Shown here: positions 28,716 through 37,700 of the stretch, piece after piece
Layout: each line of letters begins with the position of its first letter
Numbering within the stretch: position 1 is the first letter of the stretch
Assembly (NCBI GenBank): GCA_018649885.1
Contig: JABIHA010000138.1
Span: forward strand, 62,001 to 114,735
Source of the DNA: Bacteriovoracaceae bacterium
Lineage (GTDB): Bacteria > Bdellovibrionota > Bacteriovoracia > Bacteriovoracales > Bacteriovoracaceae
Length of the DNA: 52,735 nt
Direction of reading: 5' to 3'
Translations under genes and position numbers: made by a program
Notes under the pieces: generated by a model
What the model saw: only the letters and a program-made list of their open reading frames with translations
The model's database searches: none
Told to the model about the DNA's origin: nothing

Positions 28716-28846
28716 AAAAATCTGTGTGGATAGAAATCCACACAATTTTCAAGTGTCGTGATCAACATATCTCCAGGCCTGATTCCACAAACCTTCTTTC
28801 ACCAGGTTTTTCAGCGTCGTGAACAGGCTCCTCCAACAATCTCAGC
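28716..28846 (-). ncRNA. Candidate small RNA of unknown family
   Basis: Upstream TTAACG-N17-TATACT (28880-28852); internal long stem 28777-28828; perfect 9-bp hairpin 28723-28744 followed by a U-tract. Confidence 0.35.
28738..28775 (-). repeat. Right copy of the diverged 38-bp inverted repeat
   Basis: Minus strand TGGAGATATGTTGATCACGACACTTGAAAATTGTGTGG. Confidence 0.6.
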
Positions 28847-28991
28847 AGCAAAGTATAAGATAGTGAATGCGTCGCGTTAAAATTCTTTTAATTTCTCTAC
28901 ATTTTTTATAGTGGTGGCCCGTGGAAAGTGGCGCTTTCAGGGCTTTGAAGTATACTGTGACCATCTAAATTTTAACTGGGAAAAGTAAAAA

Positions 28992-29996
28992 ATGAGAATA
29001 TTAATTCCTCTAGTCGTTTTGGGTCTTTTAGTTGGATGTCAAAAAGAGAGCACTGATGGAGCTGAGGCAAAAGAGCTGTGGATTTATACTTCTATGTACA
29101 AAGATACAATTTCAGATATTTCCCCAAGGCTTAAAAAGGCATTTCCGGGAGTAAAGTTTAATTTCTATCAAGCTGGAAGTGAAGATATAGCCTCAAAGGT
29201 CAACGCCGAGCTAATGGCCGGTGGAACTAAAGCTGATATTTTGATTTCTTCAGATCGCTTTTGGTATGAAGAGATGGCAAGCAGTGGGAATCTTTTTTCT
29301 TATAAGTCAGATGTTGCTAAAGGTGTTCCAGATCAGTTGAGACATGCTGATGGGTTCTACACTACAGTTTCAGTTCCGGTGATGGTTCTTAGCTATAATA
29401 GTGACGCCGTTAGTGACTCAGAAGCCCCTAAGACTTTTAAAGAAATGGCCGATCCCAAGTGGAAGGGAAAGTTTACAACTGGCTCACCACTTGCTTCAGG
29501 AACAAATTTTACGACTATGGCCATGCTTCAGCACCACTACGGTTGGGATTATTTTGTTAAGCTTAGAGATAATGAAACTATTGCTCAGGGTGGAAACTCT
29601 GCTGTTATTAGAAGGATGCAAAGTAAAGAAAGACCTGTTGGTTGGGTGCTACTTGAAAATCTTCTGAGATTTCAAGGTAAAGACACCAGACTTAAAATTA
29701 TTTATCCAGAAGATGGAGCGGTCACCCATACTAACGTGATGGCAATAACCAAGAAAAGTGGATCTAGAGAGCTTGCTAAAAAATTCGTGGACTGGATGTT
29801 CAAAAAAGAAGGTCAAGAAGCTATGACCAGGTCATTTATGTATTCTCCACTTAATTCGATTGCTCCTCCTGTTGGAGCACCTGTACTTTCAAAATTGTTA
29901 AAGAATTCTTTTCCATGGAGTAATGACTTTGTGAAAAAAGTGACAAAAGACAGAATGAACTTAAAAGAAAAATATTCAGAGATAATGTTTCAGTAG
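28992..29996 (+). CDS. ABC transporter substrate-binding lipoprotein (Fe3+/AfuA-FbpA-like)
   Basis: Lipobox LVGC, WIYTS, ADILIS, SPLASGT, IYPEDG. Confidence 0.88.
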   Translation: MRILIPLVVLGLLVGCQKESTDGAEAKELWIYTSMYKDTISDISPRLKKAFPGVKFNFYQAGSEDIASKVNAELMAGGTKADILISSDRFWYEEMASSGNLFSYKSDVAKGVPDQLRHADGFYTTVSVPVMVLSYNSDAVSDSEAPKTFKEMADPKWKGKFTTGSPLASGTNFTTMAMLQHHYGWDYFVKLRDNETIAQGGNSAVIRRMQSKERPVGWVLLENLLRFQGKDTRLKIIYPEDGAVTHTNVMAITKKSGSRELAKKFVDWMFKKEGQEAMTRSFMYSPLNSIAPPVGAPVLSKLLKNSFPWSNDFVKKVTKDRMNLKEKYSEIMFQ

Positions 29997-31673
29997 ATGT
30001 TTTTAAAGAAACTACTGTCCCAAAAACTTATTTTAACAGTATCGGCCTTGATCTTGGTGATACTGTGTCTCTATCCTTTTTTAGTCCTATTTGGAAAAAT
30101 TACTTTTCCAGCACCACTATTTGAATTTGATTTAAAATATTATTTTAAAGTTTTTGAGAGCAAGTCTACTCTTTTGGCCTTGAAAAATACCGTTTTTATC
30201 TCTCTTGGTACCGCCATGGTGAGCACTATCCTCGCTCTTCCTCTTAGCTGGGTGCTAACGAGAACCAATCTAGCAAATGCAGGGAAGTGGCGATCTCTAT
30301 TTTGCCTTCCCTATGCGATTCCTCCATATATTGGTGCTATGGCCTGGATTTATCTGGCAAACCCAACTAATGGCCTACTCAATATTATTCTAGGGAAAGG
30401 ATTTTTAAATATTTACTCCCAATTGGGGTTGATGTGGGTAATGAGCTGTTTTTTCTATACCTTTATTCTTCTCAGCCTTTTGGCCTCACTTGACCGGATG
30501 GATCCCTCGCTAGAAGAAGCGGCCAGGATAAGTGGGGCGTCGCCATTTAAAGTTTTTACTCAGATTACAATTCCTATTATATTTCCTTCACTGCTCAGTG
30601 GGATCCTCCTGGTCGTTTTAGCTGCGTCTGCAAGCTTTGGGGTGCCTGCCTTGATTGGGAATCCAGCTCGGATTTACCTAATCACCACAAGAATTTATAC
30701 CTTCCAAAAAATGGGCAGTATGGGGGGCATTTATATGGCCGGATCTCTTTCTGCCCTTTTAATTGTTCTGGCAATTTTTATATTACTCCTTAATCAAAGA
30801 CTGCTTAGAAAAGGCCATTTTAAAACCGTAGGGGGAAAGACATCAAGGCCCTCTCTTATTGATTTAGGCAGCTACAAAACTCCTCTGACTATTCTTCTCG
30901 GGATGATGTTCTTCTTATTATTTGGGTTACCATTTTTTGGAATACTAGTGACCGCGCTCAGCAAGGTTCAAGGGGAGCTCAGCTTTTCTAATCTTGGTTT
31001 TCAAAATTTTACGCGAGTATTTTTTGAAGTAGATGAAACACCTAGGGCCATTTGGAATAGTACCAAACTTGCATTTTGGGCAGCAACTGCGGCCACGATG
31101 TTTGGAATGGTGCTGGCCTATCTTAAACAGAAAACAAGAATTAAAGGTAGGGGGATTGTAGAGATTCTGGCCTCCCTTCCCTATGCTACTCCTGGAACTG
31201 TTCTGGCCTTCGCTTTCATTCTGACCTTTAGCTCAGGAATATTGGGATTTAAAATTCCACTATATAATACATTGGGGTTAATCGTACTTGCTTATATTGC
31301 CAAGTATTTGAATTTTTCTTTGAGGACTACCTCTGATGGTTTTGGGCAAATTGATGATTGCCTGGCCGAAGCTGCAAGAGTTAGTGGTGCCAGTTGGTTT
31401 ACTACTATGAGAACCATTTGGTTTCCTCTTATGAAGCCAGCTCTTGTGGCAAGTTGGTTTTTGGTCTTCATGCCGTGTTTTAGTGAACTGACAATGACAA
31501 TTTTGCTAACTGGGCCTGGGCTTGAAACTCTTGGGACTTTAATTTTTCAACTTCAAGAATATGCTGACGCCAGTGGCGGTGGATCGGCAGTGCTAGCATT
31601 GCTTACAATTGCAGTGGTGGCCTTATTAAATACCTTTGTGAAGGTAGCCTCTAAAGGGAAGTACGGACTATGA
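29997..31673 (+). CDS. ABC transporter permease (FbpB/AfuB-like, duplicated domain)
   Basis: Two EAA motifs (SLEEAARISGAS, LAEAARVSGAS); about 12 TM. Confidence 0.92.
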   Translation: MFLKKLLSQKLILTVSALILVILCLYPFLVLFGKITFPAPLFEFDLKYYFKVFESKSTLLALKNTVFISLGTAMVSTILALPLSWVLTRTNLANAGKWRSLFCLPYAIPPYIGAMAWIYLANPTNGLLNIILGKGFLNIYSQLGLMWVMSCFFYTFILLSLLASLDRMDPSLEEAARISGASPFKVFTQITIPIIFPSLLSGILLVVLAASASFGVPALIGNPARIYLITTRIYTFQKMGSMGGIYMAGSLSALLIVLAIFILLLNQRLLRKGHFKTVGGKTSRPSLIDLGSYKTPLTILLGMMFFLLFGLPFFGILVTALSKVQGELSFSNLGFQNFTRVFFEVDETPRAIWNSTKLAFWAATAATMFGMVLAYLKQKTRIKGRGIVEILASLPYATPGTVLAFAFILTFSSGILGFKIPLYNTLGLIVLAYIAKYLNFSLRTTSDGFGQIDDCLAEAARVSGASWFTTMRTIWFPLMKPALVASWFLVFMPCFSELTMTILLTGPGLETLGTLIFQLQEYADASGGGSAVLALLTIAVVALLNTFVKVASKGKYGL

Positions 31674-32395
31674 GTTACGTATCATTTGAAAATGTTAAAA
31701 AAAATTATGGGGATGTAAAAGTCATAATGGATTTTTCTCTCAGCATAGAAAATGGAGAGTTTGTCTCATTTTTAGGACCTTCAGGCTGCGGAAAAACCAC
31801 ATGCCTTAGAATGGTCTCAGGTCTTGAGAGAAATACTTCAGGGATTATTAAAATTGATGACCACATCGTCAATAATCCTGATAGTGGTATTTTTGTGGCA
31901 CCAGAGCACAGGCATATTGGCATGGTCTTTCAAAGTTATGCCGTTTGGCCTCATATGAATGTCTACGATAATATTGCATATCCGCTTAAAGTCACCAAAT
32001 TGGCAAAATCTGAAATTAGTGACCGCGTCGCTGATGTGATGAAAACGGTTGAGCTGACGGGTCTTGAAAAGCGAATGCCAGATGCTCTGTCAGGTGGACA
32101 ACAGCAAAGAGTAGCGCTGGCGAGAGGTCTTGTGGCCAAGCCAAAGGTTTTACTTCTTGATGAGCCCCTTTGTAATCTAGATGCCAAGCTTAGAGAAAAA
32201 ATGAGAGTGGATATTCGTAAGATCCAACAAGAGTATCAAATCACTTGTATCTATGTGACCCATGATCAAATCGAGGCCTTTACCATGAGTGATCGAATTG
32301 TGATTATGAATGCGGGAATTATTGAGCAGTTGGGCTCACCCTCTGAAATCAGAAATGGTCCGGCCAATGCTTTTGTAGAGGATTTTATTCAGTAG
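31670..32395 (+). CDS. ABC transporter ATP-binding subunit (FbpC/PotA-like, no TOBE domain)
   Basis: GPSGCGKTT, LSGGQQQR, LLLDEP, YVTHDQ. Confidence 0.93.
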   Translation: MSYVSFENVKKNYGDVKVIMDFSLSIENGEFVSFLGPSGCGKTTCLRMVSGLERNTSGIIKIDDHIVNNPDSGIFVAPEHRHIGMVFQSYAVWPHMNVYDNIAYPLKVTKLAKSEISDRVADVMKTVELTGLEKRMPDALSGGQQQRVALARGLVAKPKVLLLDEPLCNLDAKLREKMRVDIRKIQQEYQITCIYVTHDQIEAFTMSDRIVIMNAGIIEQLGSPSEIRNGPANAFVEDFIQ

Positions 32396-32655
32396 GTTTT
32401 GAATTCTTGAGCTGCTCGGTCCATTACACTGTTAATGGCCGACAAAATAGCTTCGAGGTCTTCTGAGTTGACCTTATCGTCTGTGCATTCAATTTTGGCA
32501 ACTCTACTTTTCATAACATCCCAGGTGACTGAAAAGCGACTCCCAGGGTCAGTGGCGACTAATGGGGAAGCATTCAACTGCTTTATCAACTGCTGGTTTT
32601 TTTTCGAGTCGGCCAGAGCTTTTTTAATAGATTTCGTAATTTCGATAACTTCCAT
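32389..32655 (-). CDS. Small hypothetical protein, weakly YbaB/EbfC-like
   Basis: AAGGAG RBS; helix-three strands-helix pattern ending EDLEAILSAINSVMDRA. Confidence 0.6.
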   Translation of the reverse strand: MEVIEITKSIKKALADSKKNQQLIKQLNASPLVATDPGSRFSVTWDVMKSRVAKIECTDDKVNSEDLEAILSAINSVMDRAAQEFKTY

Positions 32656-32760
32656 GGAGATCTCCTTACCGTCTTTTATAATAGCTGTTTGCTAGATTTG
32701 TGCCTATGGGGAAAAGGCTTCGAGTCATGGCCCTAGGTATTGAATTATTTTATTAGTCTT

Positions 32761-33561
32761 TTACTTAAGCCAGCTACCGCTACCCCAATGTCCTTCGTAA
32801 TCACCAAAAGCTTCATAGAGTTCTTTTCTTTTTTCCTGAGCACTTGTCATTTTAGCTTCGGCTTCTCGTTTACTTACAAGAAGTTCAGCCAGTGAATCAT
32901 CTATCGATTCTTTTTCGCTTAAAATCGACTCTTCTAATGAGGCCTCATAGGTGGCCTGAACAACTGCAAGCTCAGCCTCATAAGTATCCTTTGTCAATGT
33001 GTCGACATCGGCCTCATAGCTGGCCATGATATCGTCGCCACTGACAATGCTGTCAAAGAATTCTTTTTGTTCACGAAGAGCTGCTTCAGATTTTTCAATT
33101 GATTTAACAAGTGCGTTAGCTTCTTTTTCTTCTTCTTTAAGACTATCATCATAAATTTCAAGTCTATCAGATGTTCTTCTTAATATTTCTTTTGCCTGCT
33201 TCTCAATAGAGTCACTTCTTCCGTTGCGATCGTAAGTATCTGCTACAAATTTATACTCTGTAATATAAGCATCAATTAATCCATTACCTGGTAGGAGCTC
33301 ATCTGCTACACATAGATAATATCCTCCATATATAAGGTAGTGTTTTGAGTGGTTCGATATACCTACAAAATCTCCTGCCCAGAAAAATGGGTTGATATCT
33401 CTATTGGCTTCATAAATTGAAGTGCCAACAGTGTATGAACGTATAAAACTAGGTGCTTCACAATATACATAGTGAGTTACATAAGTACTTGGGTCAGCGA
33501 ATGCGACACTCGATAATAATAGAGAAAAGACAAGCATCTTTTTAAGGCTTGATAACTTCAT
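32761..33561 (-). CDS. Secreted hypothetical protein with an acidic coiled-coil C-terminal half
   Basis: GGAGG RBS, signal peptide ending VAFA, Glu/Ala/Lys-rich heptads. Confidence 0.8.
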   Translation of the reverse strand: MKLSSLKKMLVFSLLLSSVAFADPSTYVTHYVYCEAPSFIRSYTVGTSIYEANRDINPFFWAGDFVGISNHSKHYLIYGGYYLCVADELLPGNGLIDAYITEYKFVADTYDRNGRSDSIEKQAKEILRRTSDRLEIYDDSLKEEEKEANALVKSIEKSEAALREQKEFFDSIVSGDDIMASYEADVDTLTKDTYEAELAVVQATYEASLEESILSEKESIDDSLAELLVSKREAEAKMTSAQEKRKELYEAFGDYEGHWGSGSWLK

Positions 33562-33780
33562 TAAACTACCTCCACGATAGTTAATATAATATGAAACAAT
33601 CTTATAAGGTGATCTCATCTAGTGGAATACACTGTGTAATATTGACCCTGGCTGTCAATGCTGCTTGAGCATGAAACAGGCAGTTTTTACAAAGTTGTCT
33701 ATAATTTAAAGAGTTTATCCCGTTAATCTCGCTTTAACATGGTCTTGTGGGGAGGAGACAATAATAGATTGCCCAGATAG

Positions 33781-33808
33781 AAAAGGGGACCACTTACCTT
33801 GGGTCCCC
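33781..33808 (-). terminator. Intrinsic terminator after the M56-SLT gene
   Basis: GGGGACC-N10-GGTCCCC stem followed by TTTT on the minus strand. Confidence 0.65.
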
Positions 33809-33826
33809 GTTAGAAGGCTTTACTAC

Positions 33827-35488
33827 TTAGCAGTTTTCAACGATATTCGAAGTTTTTCTACATAGCTTGGTTTGCTCAGAACTCCTGATACCTAAACTGT
33901 CTTCAAGAAGCACGTGAGTTTCTGGCAGGGCAAATTCACCCTTAAACTGAAATTTCTTGGGGTTTTTAAGGATAATAATCCCGGCCATAATCTTTGCAAG
34001 ATACTGCTTGTCTCCTATATCACTAAATGCCCAAGGATCGAGAGTTCCTCTATTTTCGATCTCTTTTTTAAGACGACTCTCACCAGTGTTGTAGGATAAA
34101 ATAGCCAGTCTCCAGTCTTTTTGAAAGTCTGGAATTTTGTAGAGACTTTGGTAGTAAGAGATGGCCGCAGCTGTGAGCTTACCTACATTAAATCTTTCAT
34201 CGTGTCCTTTTTTTACCACTAGACCAAATCTTCTGGCCGTTCCTGGCATGAATTGCCAAATGCCAGCAGCTCCATTTCCTGAAATCGCTTTATTGCTAAA
34301 ACCAGACTCCATTAGTGGCACTGCAAGTAGCTCAAGAGGTAATTTACTAAGGCCCAGTTTTCCTAAAATAAAACCTTGGTAGTTTTTCATTCTCACCATG
34401 GCCTTTTTCATAAAAGATCGCCCGCGAGGGTCTCCGATATAAAAATTAAGCCATTTGAGAACCTCTTCATTGACTTCGATGGGAATCTTACTGTCATAAG
34501 AGTGAGCGATGTCAGACGCCTGCTCCAGACTTAAAATATGTCTGGAATCACTACTTATGGCAAATGCTGTCTGCAATAAGACTACCGAGCTCAAAATTAA
34601 GGCCGCATAGGTTTTAAGGGGTGTTCTACTTTTTTTCTCATTCATTGAGATCATTTTAATCCTCCATTTTAAAAGTTTTAGGGAGGCCATGGCACAAGTT
34701 GGTTGAAAAGAAATTCCGGAATTTTTACTAGCTATTTTTAATATTGATTTTGCATATTTAATTGAATTTTTGCGGTTGTGATCGACTACCTTTCTGTCAC
34801 ATCGGTACTCAATTTGCTCGCCTATCTTTCTCACAAAAAAGTGAGCAAAAGGATTGAGAAAAAAGAAGGCCTTGATCAGCTGAATAAGATAGATCGACTT
34901 GGTATCGCCTAATTTATGGTGAATGAACTCATGTTTTAATGAATAGTGGAGCAGGTCTTTATCTTGTAGTACTGAGCTTGGCACCAAAATTAAATAATTC
35001 CCAGGCCACCAAAGTGAGCATGGAGAGCCCAGGTTTTCAGAAACTAGAATTTTCGTTTTTTTATGGAACTTCACCTGATGGGCATTTCCAATTATTTTTC
35101 TCAAACGGAAGATATCTCTTATAAAGAGAAATCCCCATATTGTGAGACCAGTCAAAAATATACCTATCCAGAGCATATTAGAGCTAAGGGACTGGTAGGT
35201 TTTGGTAATGACCTGCTTACTGCTTGTTTTCCTAACAATTGTTTCAAAAACTGCACCAGTGGAGCCACTAATCAAGGTTTCAAATTTTTCTATACCGTGC
35301 TCAAGCCCTGGAGCGCTTACTGGAGAGAATTTCCATAATAAGGAAAAGGCAATGACTAGCGGAATAGTTAATAGAAACATTCTTTCAAAGTTGGTCTTTT
35401 TTTCCTCTTTATAGAAAAGGGAGAAAAAGATCATCAGGACTCCACATAGAGTTAAAAGAAGGTGCAAATCTTTGAGCATAGAGATCAT
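33827..35488 (-). CDS. BlaR1/MecR1-type M56 metallopeptidase fused to a lytic transglycosylase (SLT/MltD-like) domain
   Basis: TM helices, SPC...LVP, HEFIH (HExxH), FFLNP, EYRCD, LKWRIKMI; then a TM and SLT motifs MESGF, GIWQFMPGTARRFGL, SYNTGE; ATGA overlap with blaI. Confidence 0.88.
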   Translation of the reverse strand: MISMLKDLHLLLTLCGVLMIFFSLFYKEEKKTNFERMFLLTIPLVIAFSLLWKFSPVSAPGLEHGIEKFETLISGSTGAVFETIVRKTSSKQVITKTYQSLSSNMLWIGIFLTGLTIWGFLFIRDIFRLRKIIGNAHQVKFHKKTKILVSENLGSPCSLWWPGNYLILVPSSVLQDKDLLHYSLKHEFIHHKLGDTKSIYLIQLIKAFFFLNPFAHFFVRKIGEQIEYRCDRKVVDHNRKNSIKYAKSILKIASKNSGISFQPTCAMASLKLLKWRIKMISMNEKKSRTPLKTYAALILSSVVLLQTAFAISSDSRHILSLEQASDIAHSYDSKIPIEVNEEVLKWLNFYIGDPRGRSFMKKAMVRMKNYQGFILGKLGLSKLPLELLAVPLMESGFSNKAISGNGAAGIWQFMPGTARRFGLVVKKGHDERFNVGKLTAAAISYYQSLYKIPDFQKDWRLAILSYNTGESRLKKEIENRGTLDPWAFSDIGDKQYLAKIMAGIIILKNPKKFQFKGEFALPETHVLLEDSLGIRSSEQTKLCRKTSNIVENC

Positions 35489-35862
35489 AACTCCCCCTGC
35501 TCTATTAAGGCGCACAGACTTATCAGTTCTTTTTTGGAGATTTTATTTTCATCAATTAAGCATTTGACGATAGATTGGGGAGCACCCTCAAAAACGGTAT
35601 CTAAAAGGTTGTTAACACTTTTCTTTTGATAGTCGCTTTTTTCTAGTTGAGGAGTGTAGATGTGGCCTCGGCCTTGTTTTTGTGAGCTGACGGCATTCTT
35701 TTTTTCAAGAATTCTGACCATGGTAGAAACGCTGGTATAGGCAAGGTTTCTATTTTCTCCCATTTTTTCCATGATATCTTTGACGCTACCACTTCCAATG
35801 GACCACAAAATATTCATTAGCTCTAGCTCTACCTCTGTGAGCATATGCTGATCTTTCGGCAT
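35485..35862 (-). CDS. blaI: BlaI/MecI/CopY family repressor
   Basis: LTEVELELMNILW, LAYTSVSTMVRILEKK, GRGHIY. Confidence 0.92.
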   Translation of the reverse strand: MPKDQHMLTEVELELMNILWSIGSGSVKDIMEKMGENRNLAYTSVSTMVRILEKKNAVSSQKQGRGHIYTPQLEKSDYQKKSVNNLLDTVFEGAPQSIVKCLIDENKISKKELISLCALIEQGEL

Positions 35863-35898
35863 AATTCTTCCTTAAAAAATGTGTTGGTTAAAAGTTTA

Positions 35899-35937
35899 AA
35901 CTAAGACTTTAGTTAAAGTCCAACTAAATCTTTAGTT
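35899..35937. promoter_or_regulatory. Two tandem palindromic BlaI-type operators
   Basis: AACTAA-GACT-TTAGTT (35899-35914) and AACTAA-ATCT-TTAGTT (35922-35937), just upstream of blaI. Confidence 0.7.
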
Positions 35938-36041
35938 CGATTATTTTTCCTTTATTCGCGTCATGCGTATATTCCTAGGCGATTGTCTTATCCAAAATTC
36001 CTTTTTGGTTTTAAAATATTCTTTTGACTGGTGAGGAAGTT

Positions 36042-37124
36042 ATGTTCTTTGATTCGATTATATTTGATTTGGATGGGACTCTTTGGAAGGCCTGTAGCTC
36101 TACTGCCTATGGTTGGAATCGAGCGTTAGAGAAGATGGGAAGGAGTGAAAGGTGCACTCCCGCCGATATTGAAAAAGTGGCCGGCAAATTTTATATGGAT
36201 TGTGTTAAAGAGGTTTTTCCAAATATTGATATCCCCTACCCTGAGCTCGCGGCGGCCCTTAGTGTTCATGAAAAAAATGCGGTGATAGAGCGTGGTGGAA
36301 CTCTTTATCCCGGATTGGAAGAAGGACTTACGAGTTTAAAGAAAAGCTACAAGCTCTATTTGGTTAGCAATTGCGCTGGCTGGTATCTCAATTCTTTTTT
36401 TGATTTTTCAGGACTTTCTCGTTTCTTCGAAGATTCCACCTGTCATGGTATGACCAATTTGAGCAAAGATTTAAATATTTTAAATATCATGGAAAAAAAT
36501 GGCCTGAGTAAGTCTATTTACATTGGTGATACCATGGGCGATTTTGTCTCAGCAAAAAAGGCGGGTACATCTTTTGGACTGGCAAGCTATGGTTTTGGAA
36601 AAGTCGATGAGGCCAAAATTATTTTTGAAGACTTCCATCAGCTGACTGATTATTTTCAAAAATTAAGAGTACTAGAAGACAAAGCAGAATATAGAAAAAA
36701 TGTGGCGGCCATCATTATTGATAAACAAAAAAAAATATTGATGGGCAAAAAGAAAGTAGAAGCTGGCGAGACCCCCTTTTGGCAGCTCCCGCAAGGCGGA
36801 ATTGAAGAGGGAGAAAGTGCTGAGGAGGCCATTACCAGGGAAATCACTGAAGAGACAGGCATGAGCTCATTTTCGATTATTGGTGAAACGGATGAGAGTT
36901 ACCGCTACATCTGGAATGAAAAATTTAACCCAGACAGTCCCTATATCGGCCAAGAACAAATATATTTTTTGATTGAGGCCGAAGATATAGCACAGTTGAC
37001 TGAGACTGATGATTTTGATGCCTATGAATGGGTTGACCCAAGCGAAGCCGTTGATAGGACACTCGATATTAAAAAACCTGTCTACACAAAGGCCCTCAAA
37101 TTTTTCCACTTATTAGAAGATTAA
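36042..37124 (+). CDS. HAD-family phosphatase fused to an RppH-like Nudix hydrolase
   Basis: FDLDGTL, VSN, YIGDTMGD; then YRKNVAA, WQLPQGGIEEGESAEEAITREITEETG, GQEQIYF. Confidence 0.88.
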   Translation: MFFDSIIFDLDGTLWKACSSTAYGWNRALEKMGRSERCTPADIEKVAGKFYMDCVKEVFPNIDIPYPELAAALSVHEKNAVIERGGTLYPGLEEGLTSLKKSYKLYLVSNCAGWYLNSFFDFSGLSRFFEDSTCHGMTNLSKDLNILNIMEKNGLSKSIYIGDTMGDFVSAKKAGTSFGLASYGFGKVDEAKIIFEDFHQLTDYFQKLRVLEDKAEYRKNVAAIIIDKQKKILMGKKKVEAGETPFWQLPQGGIEEGESAEEAITREITEETGMSSFSIIGETDESYRYIWNEKFNPDSPYIGQEQIYFLIEAEDIAQLTETDDFDAYEWVDPSEAVDRTLDIKKPVYTKALKFFHLLED

Positions 37125-37284
37125 TCATCTCCCCTGTATCAACTGTAATTTGATAGGAATTGACACCTGTGTTGTGGCTGAACTCAGAGTCATCTTTAAA
37201 GTAGGTGAAAAAAGAAAAATTAAGCAAGGGCATTGGTCAAAGTACAATTTCTTCACTAGCATAGAAAGATGCAAAGGAGTGTTT

Positions 37285-37662
37285 ATGACAATCAGTTTAT
37301 GGTGTGTTTTAGTGGCGGGGATTATGCCTATGCTTTGGGCCGCATGTGCAAAAGCAAGTGGGCCAGGTTTTGATAATAATGGTCCAAGAGATTTTTTAGA
37401 GGGATTAACAGGAGCGAGAAAGCGAGCTCATTGGGCCCAGCTCAATAGTTTTGAAGCTTTCCCTCTTTTTGCTGTAGCGGTTATAGTCGCCCATATGTTG
37501 GGTAAAATTGGCCAAGAAACCATAGACAATGTGGCCATTTTATTTGTGGTATCTAGGGTGTTCTACGGAGTATTTTATATAAAAGATTTTGCAAACATGA
37601 GATCAATTGTTTGGTTTGTAGGACTGGTTTGCTGTATTTCATTGTTTGTGATGTCAGTATAA
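37285..37662 (+). CDS. MAPEG family membrane protein
   Basis: AAGGAG RBS; FDNNGPR, RAHWAQLNSFEAFPLFA, SRVFY. Confidence 0.9.
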   Translation: MTISLWCVLVAGIMPMLWAACAKASGPGFDNNGPRDFLEGLTGARKRAHWAQLNSFEAFPLFAVAVIVAHMLGKIGQETIDNVAILFVVSRVFYGVFYIKDFANMRSIVWFVGLVCCISLFVMSV

Positions 37663-37669
37663 GTAGAAA

Positions 37670-37692
37670 GGGGAGTTGTTGTCCAACTCCCC
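37670..37692. terminator. Hairpin terminator between convergent genes
   Basis: GGGGAGTTG-N5-CAACTCCCC. Confidence 0.65.
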
Positions 37693-37700
37693 CATTAAAT

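Noticed and set aside
28716..28846. 6S RNA, c-di-GMP riboswitch or CsrB-type RNA
   Set aside because: Too short and lacks the closing stem of 6S; no c-di-GMP-I GGCAAA/GNRA-receptor pattern; GGA motifs mostly lack the ANGGA loop context. Kept only as an unclassified candidate
31670..32395. Truncated or pseudogenised ABC ATPase
   Set aside because: All NBD motifs are present and it ends at the usual FVxxFI boundary; lacking the TOBE domain is a normal variant
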